Assembly: GCA_027073795.1 (NCBI GenBank)
Contig: JALTEW010000453.1
Location: 1 to 42,667, forward strand
DNA from: a bacterium
GTDB lineage: Bacteria; Desulfobacterota; S145-22
Reading direction: 5' to 3'
Length of the DNA stretch: 42,667 bases
Position numbers and translations under genes: made by a program. The notes under the pieces were generated by a model that made no database searches, had not been told where the DNA came from, and was given only the letters and a program-made list of their open reading frames with translations. Shown here piece after piece: positions 1-9,780 of this stretch; within the stretch, counting starts at the first letter, position 1; each line of letters starts with the position of its first letter.

Positions 1-652
1 CCTTATTCATCATGGTGGCGGAATCCACCGTAATCTTCGCGCCCATCTCCCAGTTGGGATGATGAAGCGCATCGGTGGGAGTAATGGCCGCCATTTTCTT
101 TTTAGGCCACGTGCGAAAAGGCCCACCAGATGCCGTCAGGATAAGCCTTCTGATTTCCTTTTTTGAATGACCCAGGAGGGATTGAAAGATCGCGCTGTGT
201 TCACTGTCCACAGGTATCAAACGAACCCCTGACGCAAAAACCGCCGGCAAAATAATCTCTCCCCCCACTACCAATGTTTCTTTATTGGCCAGAGCGATGT
301 CCTTACCCGCCTGAATGGCTGCGAGGGTTGGTCTAAGGCCAGCAGCACCTACCATGGCTGAAACGACCATGTCAACATCTTCATGCGTGGCCAGGGCAAT
401 AGCTCCTTCCTCACCCGGTAGGATCTTCAAGCGATGCCCCACCAGTTTTGATGCCTCCTGAAAGGCTGTTTCATCCGTTACAGCAACAATCTCGGGATGA
501 AATTTTTCTATCTGCTCGACAAGCTGAGAGACGTTTTTATGGGCACTCAAACCTGTAACATGAAACCTGTCTGGATATCGGCTGATAACCTCAAGGGCAT
601 TTCTGCCAATTGAACCCGTGGATCCCAAAATGACGAGCGACTTCTTTCCCAC
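1..652 (-). CDS. dxr: 1-deoxy-D-xylulose 5-phosphate reductoisomerase, N-terminal part (C-terminus lies outside the window)
   Basis: The minus-strand frame runs open to the window edge. It starts with GTG at 650-652 and reads [16 protein letters not shown] (NADPH-binding N-terminus), LTASGGPFR and [21 protein letters not shown], all typical DXR motifs. It is absent from the ORF track because it is truncated. Confidence 0.9.
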   Translation of the reverse strand, partial: [217 protein letters not shown]

Positions 653-653
653 C

Positions 654-1457
654 TTAAGACCTCAGAAGGAGATAAAAATAAAAGAAAGGTATCGCAAAAA
701 GGAAGCTGTCTATGCGATCCAAGATACCGCCATGTCCTCCCAACAACCATCCAGAATCCTTGACACCCGCCCCGCGCTTCAACATGGATTCCGAAAAATC
801 CCCTAATTGTCCCAGGAGCAACAAAACTAATGGCAAAATGACAATTTCAAGAATCCGAAAATCTGTACGGATAAACAAGCTTACGATGACACCGACAAAA
901 ACGGCGGATAGCATACCACCTATCACACCTTCAACGCTCTTCTTAGGGCTTACCCTTGGATATAATTTATGCTTTCCAAAAAGCGTCCCCAGATAAAAAG
1001 CCCCCGTATCCCCTCCCCAGACCACCAAGACCAGCCACAATACCCATCCACGCCCATAGGGGCTTGCCGTGATGATGGGAATTGAAATGGACAGAGGAAG
1101 GGCAACAAAGGAGAAACCCAAAATGATGGTGCCTATCCAGGCAAACGCCCCCTCATACCGGGACAGCGTTCTCATTGCAAAAACCATTAGAATGGCCAGG
1201 ACGAAGAGCACCCCCCCTACCATCCACGTCAGGGAACCATAATATCCAAGAATGGGAAAAATCGCACCCATAGCCGCAAACAGTACTCTAAACCCAGTAT
1301 GGAGCCCCCTGGGAGCGAGGGAGAAATATTCATACAGTCCCACACCTGCCACAACCATGACAAGGGCTATAAAAAAATCTACCGGAAGGAAAAAAATAAT
1401 TGCCACGACAATCGGAATCGCAACAATTCCGACTATCATTCTACTAATATTTCGCAT
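654..1457 (-). CDS. cdsA: phosphatidate cytidylyltransferase (CDP-diglyceride synthase)
   Basis: 267-aa polytopic membrane ORF with the GDTGAFYLGTLFGKHKL and SPKKSVEGVIGG signature region. It sits in the conserved uppS-cdsA-dxr order. Confidence 0.9.
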   Translation of the reverse strand: MRNISRMIVGIVAIPIVVAIIFFLPVDFFIALVMVVAGVGLYEYFSLAPRGLHTGFRVLFAAMGAIFPILGYYGSLTWMVGGVLFVLAILMVFAMRTLSRYEGAFAWIGTIILGFSFVALPLSISIPIITASPYGRGWVLWLVLVVWGGDTGAFYLGTLFGKHKLYPRVSPKKSVEGVIGGMLSAVFVGVIVSLFIRTDFRILEIVILPLVLLLLGQLGDFSESMLKRGAGVKDSGWLLGGHGGILDRIDSFLFAIPFFYFYLLLRS

Positions 1458-2235
1458 GTAACTCCGATATCTGATCGCTCGTCATGCCAAATCTTCTTTC
1501 CCGTTTCTGATAATCTTCGATGGCCTGCATAAGCTCTTTTCTGGTAAAATCAGGCCAGAGCGTGGGCGTGATATACAGTTCCGTATAGGCCAGTTGCCAA
1601 AGGAGAAAATTACTCAGCCTCAACTCACCACTCGTACGAATCAGCAGATCCGGATCAGGGAAAGGAGATGTGGTTAAATATGCGGAAAACATCTCAGGCG
1701 TGACATCTTCCTCGCGAATCGCACCCTTTTTCAAGTCATTGGCAATGCGCAAAGCTGCCTTGACGATTTCCCATCGGGCGCCGTAACTCAATGCCAGGAT
1801 AAGAGTCATTTTATCCCCCCCCTCCGTATCCTCTATCACCTGAAAAAGGGTTTCTCTCACATCTTCTGGAAGGCGATCAAGATCACCGATTGCCTTGAGG
1901 CAAATCTCATTTTCTAAAAGATTACCCCGCTCCTTGAGGAGATAATTTTTAAGCAGTCTCATCAAAGCATTGACTTCCGATGCCGGCCGGCGCCAATTCT
2001 CCACGGAAAAGGCGTACAGAGTAAGGTACGCAATCCCCATCTCACGGCATGCCTCTACCACATCACGCACAGCGTCAATCCCCTTTTCATGCCCCTTGAT
2101 GCGCGTCAGAAATTTCTTCTTCGCCCAACGCCCGTTGCCATCCATGATAATAGCAATGTGTCTGGGGAGTTTAGCCGGATCAATTCTATTTTTAAAATTA
2201 TCCATCTTTGTCTTGTTTTTGTCGCTTTCAGGCAT
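1444..2235 (-). CDS. uppS: di-trans,poly-cis-undecaprenyl-diphosphate synthase
   Basis: 263-aa ORF with HIAIIMDGNGRWAKK and RTSGELRLSNFLLWQLAYTELY motifs. It overlaps cdsA by 14 nt. Confidence 0.92.
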   Translation of the reverse strand: MPESDKNKTKMDNFKNRIDPAKLPRHIAIIMDGNGRWAKKKFLTRIKGHEKGIDAVRDVVEACREMGIAYLTLYAFSVENWRRPASEVNALMRLLKNYLLKERGNLLENEICLKAIGDLDRLPEDVRETLFQVIEDTEGGDKMTLILALSYGARWEIVKAALRIANDLKKGAIREEDVTPEMFSAYLTTSPFPDPDLLIRTSGELRLSNFLLWQLAYTELYITPTLWPDFTRKELMQAIEDYQKRERRFGMTSDQISELHAKY

Positions 2236-2271
2236 GACTGTTTATCCTGAACGTTTTTTATCACAAATATC

Positions 2272-2300
2272 TTGACAGATAAAGGGGAATAAGATATAAA
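2272..2300 (+). promoter_or_regulatory. sigma70-type promoter candidate for the initiator tRNA (TTGACA-17 nt-TATAAA)
   Basis: Consensus -35 TTGACA at 2272-2277, a 17-nt spacer, and TATAAA at 2295-2300. The mature tRNA 5' end lies 11 nt downstream. Confidence 0.55.
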
Positions 2301-2311
2301 CATACAAATAG

Positions 2312-2388
<77 letters not shown>

Positions 2389-2398
2389 TAGTAAAATT

Positions 2399-2426
2399 AA
2401 GGGGTTAGGTTGGTTTCTGACCCCTT
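2399..2426 (+). terminator. weak hairpin downstream of the tRNA (AAGGGGT-13 nt loop-ACCCCTT)
   Basis: 7-bp inverted repeat followed by GCTGTTTGAAAGTTTT. The T tract is poor, so this is a low-confidence call. Confidence 0.3.
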
Positions 2427-2834
2427 GCTGTTTGAAAGTTTTAGCTGTTCTCAACTGTCTTCCCAACAAAAGTTGGCGCTTTCGGTCTGAACTTTCTCTT
2501 TCGCCAGGCAATAAAATCATGCCCCCCTATTTGTTCTCAGCATGTCTGAACCCTAGTGTAATATAACAGATAAAAGGTTACTAAATAATTACTTGATCAT
2601 TACAATTCTTTAATGTTTGGGTTATATCATCTCTGTTACGGTGGTAAATTCCTTCTGTTTTTTCCGGGCCTGGGTAGGGTACCCCCCGTCGACTTTTTGG
2701 GAAGGGCGGGGGAGTTGTTATATTCAGGAACGAGACAAAAGCGTTATATTAAGATGCCTAGCAACATAAGAGATAACCCACATACAGTCAGGGCAGCCAA
2801 TTTGGAAAACACATATAACTTTACGTGAAAAGCA

Positions 2835-3200
2835 GCCCTTCCAAGATCACCACGCTTTTTGCGGGCATGTTAACCCATTTTAACCCTCGCTCAAAGTCAA
2901 TGCCTTGCCCCTTCAAGCGAAAAATCCCCCTCGCCTCATCCCGGTATGGAGGGCCATTTTCATGATTACCCCCACCTGTGGGTGGAGATCTTCCTCAATG
3001 GCTTTTAAAAGGCATTTCAACTACTCCAGTCCAAGTCCACGGTCTTTCCATCGTTCACTTTCGGCATTTTGATTTTGAAGCCTAGTGGTTGACACAATCG
3101 CTTTTCTACTCCATAATCAAGCATCCGCCTTAAAAGCTCTAAAACGGTTCCTGGTTATTCCGGACGCTCGTTTTCTGCTTAGGCGGATGTTACACGCGAT
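2835..3200 (-). pseudogene. tyrosine recombinase (phage-type integrase) remnant, frameshifted and truncated
   Basis: Minus-strand translation in shifting frames gives three segments. They are ELLRRMLDYGVEKRLCQPLGFKIKMPKVNDGKTVDLDWSS*, then ELKCLLKAIEEDLHPQVGVIMKMALHTGMRRGGFFA*, then LKGQGIDFERG. These match the core-binding domain and box I (AL.TG.RR.E ... L.W.DIDF..G) of tyrosine integrases. I could not find the catalytic C-terminal half (HxxR...Y). Confidence 0.55.
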
Positions 3201-3255
3201 GTATTAAGGGGTTTTGGTAACGTGGGGGAAAGAGGGGTAAAAGATGTCCCTAGCG

Positions 3256-3301
3256 CTTGTAACCCAAAGGTCGCGAGTTCAAATCTTCACCCCCGCTACC
3301 A
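3256..3301 (+). repeat. degenerate direct copy of the 3' half of the initiator tRNA (anticodon loop to CCA), an att-like scar
   Basis: CTTGTAACCCAAAGGTCGCGAGTTCAAATCTTCACCCCCGCTACCA aligns to tRNA positions 2344-2388 (CTCATAACCCAAAGGTCGCAGGTTCAAATCCTGCCCCCGCTACCA) with about 6 differences. The T-stem no longer pairs and there is no 5' half, so it is not a functional tRNA. Confidence 0.7.
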
Positions 3302-3369
3302 AAAAGCGTAAAGGAGAATGGTTAAACCCGCTCTCCTTCTCTTCTGCTGTCCTTGCAAAAGGGATACAC

Positions 3370-3867
3370 ATGGCGGGAAACAGATTAAAATCATTCCTTT
3401 TCCCAAAACTAACCCCACGCTACCTGATCCGGCTTGCCCTGATTGCCCTGGCCGCCGTGATTTTCTTTTCATGGTTCTGTATCCCTGCAAGGATTGACGG
3501 CATCAGCATGGAACCGACCTATCACAACGGGAGTTTCACCTTCTGCTGCCGGATTCCCTACCTCTTTCATCTTCCCAGGGCAGGGGATGTGGTCATGATC
3601 CGGATGTCTGGCACACGGGTCATGTACCTGAAACGGGTGGTGGCACTGCCAGGGGAGAAGGTAAGCTTTCAAAATGGCTATCTGTATATCAATGGGAAAT
3701 TAAGGCAAGAGGATTACGTCGTGACCCCCTCTGACTGGAACCTCCCCCCGCGAAAAGTTAAACCTGGTCACGTCTATGTCGTGGGAGATAACCGGAATAT
3801 CCCAATCGAAAAGCAGGTCTTTGGGCAAGTCGCCCTTTCACGAGTTGTTGGGAAAGTACTATGGTAA
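3370..3867 (+). CDS. lepB: signal peptidase I
   Basis: N-terminal TM segment followed by GISMEPTY (catalytic Ser box), MYLKRVVALPGE (Lys box) and YVVGDNRNIP. I moved the start to ATG 3370, because the upstream part of ORF 3244..3867 runs through the tRNA-like scar. Confidence 0.85.
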   Translation: MAGNRLKSFLFPKLTPRYLIRLALIALAAVIFFSWFCIPARIDGISMEPTYHNGSFTFCCRIPYLFHLPRAGDVVMIRMSGTRVMYLKRVVALPGEKVSFQNGYLYINGKLRQEDYVVTPSDWNLPPRKVKPGHVYVVGDNRNIPIEKQVFGQVALSRVVGKVLW

Positions 3868-4367
3868 GCCGCAAACCCTTACTTACGTCCTTTTTATGCC
3901 TCGTGCTGATTCTCGGTGCCTTCGCGTTGATCCGCCTCAACAAACGCGACCCAGAACGTATCAGGCACAATCTCGCCCTTCTTGGCAGAATGGTCTCCAA
4001 ATCAGCCAAAGAAACGCCTAAACCTTTCCTGGCAAAGATAAGAGAAGCGAAGATACTACTGGATAAATCATGCCAGATCATCGTGGATGAAGAGGCAATC
4101 TCAGGAACCTACAACCCGCAGCAGGTTGCCGCGCTTGTTGAGCGTTTTCAGGGACAGATTTTAGAAGCCCGCCTGTCCTTTTATGATATAAAAATCAGCT
4201 TTCCCGAAAAGCATGAAGCCATCATTCATTGCACCGCGCGTCTCAAGGGAGCAACACAATCAAATGAAAGATTTGATGAATTCAGGGAACTAAAAATACA
4301 AGCCAATAAAATAAAAGGAAAATGGCGCTTTACCCGGTTTCAAACCATCGAGGCTCTGGAGAAATAG
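3861..4367 (+). CDS. membrane-anchored hypothetical protein (possible NTF2-like fold)
   Basis: 168-aa ORF whose ATG overlaps the lepB stop (ATGGTAA). It has one N-terminal hydrophobic helix. I recognise no diagnostic motif. Confidence 0.55.
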   Translation: MVSRKPLLTSFLCLVLILGAFALIRLNKRDPERIRHNLALLGRMVSKSAKETPKPFLAKIREAKILLDKSCQIIVDEEAISGTYNPQQVAALVERFQGQILEARLSFYDIKISFPEKHEAIIHCTARLKGATQSNERFDEFRELKIQANKIKGKWRFTRFQTIEALEK

Positions 4368-4451
4368 GATAAGGGAACTCAGACAAAACGGCCCATTTCA
4401 ACACCATAAGCACGATAGACAAAGATAAAATATAGACAGGGGGTCTTAAAA

Positions 4452-4883
4452 ATGGAGATTGTTAACCATTTTTGCCAACGTTTTGAGCAAGATGATTCTG
4501 ATGCCTTTGCCGAGCTGTTCACAGATGATGCCATTTATGTGGATTCCCTTTACGGGACTTACAAGGGGCGGAAGGCAATTAAAGATTTTCACGAAAGGTG
4601 TCATAAAGAGGCAAGGGAATACAGGTTTTCACCCATCAGTCATCTGTACCGTAACGACGAAGCGGCTGCATTTGAATGGAAATTTAGTTTCGTTTCCCTT
4701 ATGCCTACCAGCATGGGCAAAAAGATAACCCTAAAAGGAGCAGGTTTTTTGACCCTGAGAAATGGGAAAATAGTCTCCTACAGGGAATACGCTGACAGTA
4801 TTGCCATACCATTAAAGGGCAATATCCCCGATGACAAGATCATGAAGTTTTATCACCACAAATATCAAGCTGACTCAGCATAG
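4452..4883 (+). CDS. SnoaL/NTF2-like (ketosteroid isomerase-like) family protein
   Basis: 143-aa ORF. The pattern FAELFTDDAIYVDSLYGTYKGRKAIKDFH and GKIVSYREYAD is typical of SnoaL-like domains. Confidence 0.7.
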   Translation: MEIVNHFCQRFEQDDSDAFAELFTDDAIYVDSLYGTYKGRKAIKDFHERCHKEAREYRFSPISHLYRNDEAAAFEWKFSFVSLMPTSMGKKITLKGAGFLTLRNGKIVSYREYADSIAIPLKGNIPDDKIMKFYHHKYQADSA

Positions 4884-4987
4884 GTATGAACTCATAACAT
4901 ACCTTTGTGCGAAGACTCCTTTTTTATACCCGTGCTCATCGTGCGCCCAATTCTTCAACTTTTTGCGAGGGCATCAAGTCTTAACCC

Positions 4988-5572
4988 TCATATCTCAAAT
5001 TTCAGGTCTTTAAACAGCGGCCATTGACTTTTCTCTATGGCGGTCTTCATTTTAAGAACGTATTCAGGCCGTATTTCATCCTTCCACCTGGGGTACCCAC
5101 CCCGCCAGACATAACGGAGCAAGGCATGAAACCCGGCAAAGGTAAAACGATACTCTCCTATTGCCACCCTCTCCTTTTTCCCGTCAACCTTAAAGGGAGT
5201 CGCCCTCTCCTCCCCATACCTGGTGACAATCTTTTCAATGACCGGGCGTGTGAGAAACCCGTCAGGATTCTGCTTGAATCCCTCTGGCTGATGTGGGAAG
5301 GCAAAGTTTTCATAGACCTCTCCAATAAACCCGATCAAATGGATTCCTGAAATAGCCCCTTGCAGATCGCCAATATCTCGTACGGGGATATCATAAATTT
5401 CCCACAATTTTTTGTAATACCTCTTCGGCTGTGACACTGCCAATCGAGCGACTCCCCGGCAAAAATCAGACGCGAAGAAGAAATAATGCTCCAGCAACAA
5501 CATGTCCGTTTCGATGTTAAAAAAGCCGAAAGCGATAGGCCCATGACTTTCAGATTCAAAGGCCAATGGCAT
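4988..5572 (-). CDS. hypothetical protein (no family recognised)
   Basis: Start set at the internal ATG 5572 (MPLAFESESHG...), which is preceded by a strong RBS, GAGGGAGGAAAGTATT. The longer ORF to 5683 has no RBS. Confidence 0.6.
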   Translation of the reverse strand: MPLAFESESHGPIAFGFFNIETDMLLLEHYFFFASDFCRGVARLAVSQPKRYYKKLWEIYDIPVRDIGDLQGAISGIHLIGFIGEVYENFAFPHQPEGFKQNPDGFLTRPVIEKIVTRYGEERATPFKVDGKKERVAIGEYRFTFAGFHALLRYVWRGGYPRWKDEIRPEYVLKMKTAIEKSQWPLFKDLKFEI

Positions 5573-5869
5573 AATACTTTCCTCCCTCTTTAGGATACAG
5601 CGTGACACAATCGAGGCCTTTATACAAGCACAAATATATTTTGTGCATTCATAAAAAGAAAATTCCAGGCAGTTAAGTTTCACTTGATAAGTGATTAGAT
5701 GCTAAATAGATACTGGTAATTTAAGACTAAAATCTGATCGGTGGGTAACATACAACAGTTTACTTTAATTTATTACAGCTTTTAAAGTAACAAACATATT
5801 TACCTTGGGTCTTTAACGTTTGAACGCTACAAGGCTATCAAACTTCAGGCAAAAATCATACCTAATCCA

Positions 5870-5898
5870 TTGACTTTGCTCATGGGTTGATATATCTT
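5870..5898 (+). promoter_or_regulatory. sigma70-type promoter candidate (TTGACT-17 nt-TATCTT) upstream of apgM
   Basis: Hexamers at 5870-5875 and 5893-5898 with 17-nt spacing, in a 350-bp AT-rich divergent intergenic region. Confidence 0.35.
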
Positions 5899-5926
5899 TT
5901 TTAGAGGAGGTTATGCACAAAACACA

Positions 5927-7159
5927 ATGAAATATGTTGTACTTGTCGGGGATGGGATGGCAGATGAAACGATTCAGGAACTTGGGGGAAAGACCCCCCT
6001 GGAAACCGCCCATACCCCCAATATTGATATTATCGCGTCATCGGGGGCCGTTGGAGAGGTCAAGACGGTTCCTGATGGCTTTTCACCCGGGAGTGATGTT
6101 GCGAACCTCACCCTGATGGGATACGACCCGAAGAAGTATTATACAGGGCGCGCCCCTCTCGAAGCCGCCAGCATGGGGATTCATCTCAACGATGATGATG
6201 TGGCGTATCGTTGCAACCTTGTTACCTTGGAGGTGTTGGGACTTGCCATCTACATGCGGGATTTCACGGCGGGTCACATCTCATCAGAAGATGCGAGGGT
6301 TCTTATCGAAGGCTTGAACCCCCATTTCCCGCATGAGGGTATTACCTTCTACCCTGGCGTGAGTTATCGCCACCTTATGGTCTGGAAATCAGGCAGTGCC
6401 GATGTCACCCTGACACCACCCCACGACATCATCGGACAAAGTATAGAAAATTACCTGCCTTCTGGTCCAGCATCCCAGAAAATTATTCAATGGACCACAA
6501 CAGCACAAATCTATTTAAAAAGTCACCCTCTCAACCAGGAAAGAATGACCAGGGGGGAAAATCCCGCAAACTCCATCTGGTTGTGGGGACAGGGTAAAAA
6601 ACCTGCGATTCCAACCTTCCGCGAGCTATACAACCTCTCGGGCGGGGTGATCTCCGCCGTGGATCTTGTCAAGGGAATCGGCCTCCTATCAGGCCTTGAA
6701 GCCCCTGATGTCCCCGGCGCGACAGGTTATCTGGATACAAATTACGCCGGAAAGGTTTCTTCCGCGCTGAAGATTCTGAAAACAAAGGACTTTGTTTTCA
6801 TCCACATCGAAGCCCCCGATGAAGCGGGGCACAGTGGGATTCTGAAAGATAAGATACAAGCGATTGAAGACTTCGACAAACATGTGGTGGGACCAATGTT
6901 TGAGGCCCTGCAAGACATGCGGCCCTTCAGCCTCCTTATCCTGCCCGATCATCCAACCCCTCTGTCTATACGCACACATACCAGTAACCCCGTTCCCTTC
7001 CTCGCCTATGATTCCGAAGGAAACTTTAAAGAACAAGCGGGTCACTCTCAACCTTTCACAGAAGCCGGCGCCTCGGCAAGTCCATTAAAGATCTATCAGG
7101 GGCACCTTTTGGTAAAATCATGGCTACAGGGAAATCTTGAGCTCGGAGCTATTCAATGA
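5927..7159 (+). CDS. apgM: cofactor-independent phosphoglycerate mutase, archaeal ApgM type (the same family includes the 'proposed homoserine kinase' clade)
   Basis: 410-aa ORF with [15 protein letters not shown]-terminus, [26 protein letters not shown] and [12 protein letters not shown], which are alkaline-phosphatase-superfamily ApgM motifs. Confidence 0.85.
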   Translation: MKYVVLVGDGMADETIQELGGKTPLETAHTPNIDIIASSGAVGEVKTVPDGFSPGSDVANLTLMGYDPKKYYTGRAPLEAASMGIHLNDDDVAYRCNLVTLEVLGLAIYMRDFTAGHISSEDARVLIEGLNPHFPHEGITFYPGVSYRHLMVWKSGSADVTLTPPHDIIGQSIENYLPSGPASQKIIQWTTTAQIYLKSHPLNQERMTRGENPANSIWLWGQGKKPAIPTFRELYNLSGGVISAVDLVKGIGLLSGLEAPDVPGATGYLDTNYAGKVSSALKILKTKDFVFIHIEAPDEAGHSGILKDKIQAIEDFDKHVVGPMFEALQDMRPFSLLILPDHPTPLSIRTHTSNPVPFLAYDSEGNFKEQAGHSQPFTEAGASASPLKIYQGHLLVKSWLQGNLELGAIQ

Positions 7160-8802
7160 GAAGTAAGTTTATATTTGTCACAGGCGGGGTTGTCTCATCC
7201 CTGGGGAAGGGGCTGGCCTCCGCCTCTATTGGCGCGTTGATGGAAAGCCGGGGCCTGACCGTTACATTCCTGAAATTTGACCCCTACATCAATGTGGATC
7301 CAGGAACAATGAATCCCTTCCAGCATGGGGAGGTTTACGTAACGGAAGATGGGGCGGAAACTGACCTTGATCTGGGTCACTACGAACGCTATACCCATGT
7401 CACCCTTTCCAGAAATAACAACTGCACTACTGGAAAGATTTATAACTCTGTCATCACAAAGGAGCGCCGAGGGGATTATCTGGGCGGAACTGTTCAGGTT
7501 ATCCCCCATATCACGGAGGAGATAAAGTCAAATATCCGTAAGCTCGCTGATGGAGTGGATATCGTTATCACGGAAACTGGGGGGACAGTCGGTGACATAG
7601 AAAGTCTGCCCTTTCTCGAGGCCATCCGCCAGTTCAAATTAGAGGTTGGAAAGGAAAACGCCCTTTATATTCACCTCACCCTTGTGCCCTACATCCCAAC
7701 GGCGGGCGAACTCAAAACAAAACCGACCCAACACAGCGTCAAGGAATTAAGAAGCATCGGGATACAGCCCGATATCCTTCTGTGCCGCACCGACCGCTTC
7801 CTGCCTAAAGAGGTCAAGGCCAAGATCGCCCTCTTCTGCAATGTGGAAGAAGATGCCGTGATTACGGCTAAGGATGTGGACACGATCTACGAAGTACCTA
7901 TTGTCTTTCACAAAGAAGGCCTCGATGAGATCATCGTTGACAAGCTAAATATCTGGACAAAGGCGCCGGATTTATCCGACTGGGAAAATATTGTTGAAAG
8001 AATCAAATCCCCGAAAGAGAGTGTAACCATTGCCATTGTCGGTAAATATGTTGACCTGACTGAATCGTACAAGAGCCTCAACGAGGCCATCACCCATGGA
8101 GGAATGGCCAACCATTGCCGGGTAAACCCGCTCTTCGTCGACTCTGAAACCATCGAAAGTGACAAAGATGCTGCGAAAAAACTGGCCAGCGCCGACGGGA
8201 TCATTGTCCCCGGGGGATTTGGAAACCGCGGAATAGAAGGCAAGATTCACACCATCCACTATGCCAGAACACAAAAGGTTCCCTTCCTGGGCATTTGCCT
8301 TGGCATGCAACTTTCCGTTATTGAATTTGCGAGGAATGTGGCAGGCCTCAAGGGTGCGCACAGCGAGGAATTCGACCCCAAAACCCCCTATCCCGTTATC
8401 TACTGGATGAGTTACTGGAAAGACCAGAAAAATAAGATACAAAAACGGGAGGGAGATATCCCCATGGGAGGGACCATGAGGCTCGGCGCCTACCCCTGTG
8501 TTTTGGCCAACCCAAGCCTGGCATGGGATGCCTACAAAACGGAAACAATTCAGGAACGACATCGGCATCGATACGAATTCAACAACAAGTTTCTGGACGT
8601 TCTGGCGAAAAACGGCCTGACGGTAACCGGAAAATCACCGGACGGGGAGCTCGTAGAAATCGTAGAATTAAAGGATCATCCCTGGTTTCTTGGATGCCAG
8701 TTTCACCCGGAGTTCAAATCCGTTCCAAGGAATCCCCACCCCCTGTTTGTTTCCTTTATCCGGGCGTCTCTGGAAAATTCAAGGAACATCGAAACCTCAT
8801 GA
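7156..8802 (+). CDS. pyrG: CTP synthase
   Basis: 548 aa with [16 protein letters not shown], the GGTVGDIES region and the glutaminase domain GICLGMQ...HRHRYEFN. It has an ATGA overlap with apgM. Confidence 0.97.
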   Translation: MRSKFIFVTGGVVSSLGKGLASASIGALMESRGLTVTFLKFDPYINVDPGTMNPFQHGEVYVTEDGAETDLDLGHYERYTHVTLSRNNNCTTGKIYNSVITKERRGDYLGGTVQVIPHITEEIKSNIRKLADGVDIVITETGGTVGDIESLPFLEAIRQFKLEVGKENALYIHLTLVPYIPTAGELKTKPTQHSVKELRSIGIQPDILLCRTDRFLPKEVKAKIALFCNVEEDAVITAKDVDTIYEVPIVFHKEGLDEIIVDKLNIWTKAPDLSDWENIVERIKSPKESVTIAIVGKYVDLTESYKSLNEAITHGGMANHCRVNPLFVDSETIESDKDAAKKLASADGIIVPGGFGNRGIEGKIHTIHYARTQKVPFLGICLGMQLSVIEFARNVAGLKGAHSEEFDPKTPYPVIYWMSYWKDQKNKIQKREGDIPMGGTMRLGAYPCVLANPSLAWDAYKTETIQERHRHRYEFNNKFLDVLAKNGLTVTGKSPDGELVEIVELKDHPWFLGCQFHPEFKSVPRNPHPLFVSFIRASLENSRNIETS

Positions 8803-8809
8803 TACTGAA

Positions 8810-9772
8810 ATGATACTGAAACGCGCGAAAGAAATCCTGCTAAAAGAATCCGAAGCTATCCGAGATGTGGCTGGTCACCTCGATCATACCTTCAACCGGG
8901 CCGTGGACCTGATTCTGAGTGGAAAGGGTAAGGTAGTCACCACCGGCATTGGAAAGTCCGGGCTGATCGCCCAGAAGATTGCGTCCACATTCTCAAGCAC
9001 GGGGACGCCTTCGTTTTTTCTCCATCCGGCAGAGGCGTTACACGGCGACCTCGGCATGGTGGAGAACGAAGACATTCTCCTGGCTATTTCAAACAGCGGA
9101 GAGGCTCCAGAAGTTGTTAGAATTGCCTCCTCACTCAAACGCATTGGCGTTAAAATCATCGTTATCACCCAAGATGCAAACTCCTCTCTGGGGCAACTGG
9201 GAGACATCTTCATCAGAGTAAGCGTACCAGAGGCATGCGGTTTCGGATTTATTCCCACCTCTAGCACCACGGCAACCTTGGCCCTTGGGGACGCCCTTGC
9301 GATAACGGTCCTGGAGAAACGGGGCTTTACACAGGAGGATTTTGCCTCCCTTCACCCCGGTGGAGCGCTTGGCAAACGTCTTCTGCTCAAGGTAGAGGAA
9401 CTCATGCATGTGGGAGACAGGCTTCCCATCGTAAATACGGATACACCTATGAAAGACACAATTTACGAGATATCCTCCAAGCGCCTGGGGGTTACCTGCG
9501 TCTGTGACCCGGAGGGTAAAATGGTCGGTGTCATCACAGACGGGGACTTACGGAGAGCGATTGAAAAGGATGGGAATCTTCTTTCCAAAACCGCCAAAGA
9601 CATCATGACCTATAACCCGAAACGAATCAAGAAAGATGCCCTGGCCTCTGAGGCCATCCAAAAAATGGAGGAATTTGCCATTACCTCTCTTTTCGTTGTT
9701 GAAGTGGAAGAACCCCAAATTCCCATTGGTGTCGTCCATATTCATGATCTATTGAAGGCGGGGGTGCATTAG
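8810..9772 (+). CDS. kdsD: arabinose-5-phosphate isomerase (KdsD/GutQ family; SIS plus tandem CBS domains)
   Basis: Start moved to ATG 8810 (MILKRAKEILL...), just after the pyrG stop. It carries the SIS motif VVTTGIGKSGLIAQKIASTFSSTG and a C-terminal CBS pair. The ORF-track start at 8690 lies inside pyrG. Confidence 0.9.
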   Translation: MILKRAKEILLKESEAIRDVAGHLDHTFNRAVDLILSGKGKVVTTGIGKSGLIAQKIASTFSSTGTPSFFLHPAEALHGDLGMVENEDILLAISNSGEAPEVVRIASSLKRIGVKIIVITQDANSSLGQLGDIFIRVSVPEACGFGFIPTSSTTATLALGDALAITVLEKRGFTQEDFASLHPGGALGKRLLLKVEELMHVGDRLPIVNTDTPMKDTIYEISSKRLGVTCVCDPEGKMVGVITDGDLRRAIEKDGNLLSKTAKDIMTYNPKRIKKDALASEAIQKMEEFAITSLFVVEVEEPQIPIGVVHIHDLLKAGVH

Positions 9773-9780
9773 ACACCGTC

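Noticed and set aside
2613-2828. 71-aa ORF in the tRNA-fMet / integrase-remnant interval
   Set aside because: It has no RBS and no recognisable motif, and it lies in decayed-element DNA. It is most likely non-coding.
3244-3369. N-terminal 42-codon extension of the lepB ORF
   Set aside because: The extension is a translation of the tRNA-like scar (..VTQRSRVQIFTPAT..). The signal peptidase TM anchor begins after the internal ATG at 3370.
7972-8568. 198-aa ORF antisense to pyrG
   Set aside because: It is embedded in the CTP synthase glutaminase domain coding region. It is a shadow ORF.
8690-8809. Upstream extension of the kdsD ORF
   Set aside because: It lies inside the pyrG coding region. 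The conserved KdsD N-terminus begins at ATG 8810, right after the pyrG stop.
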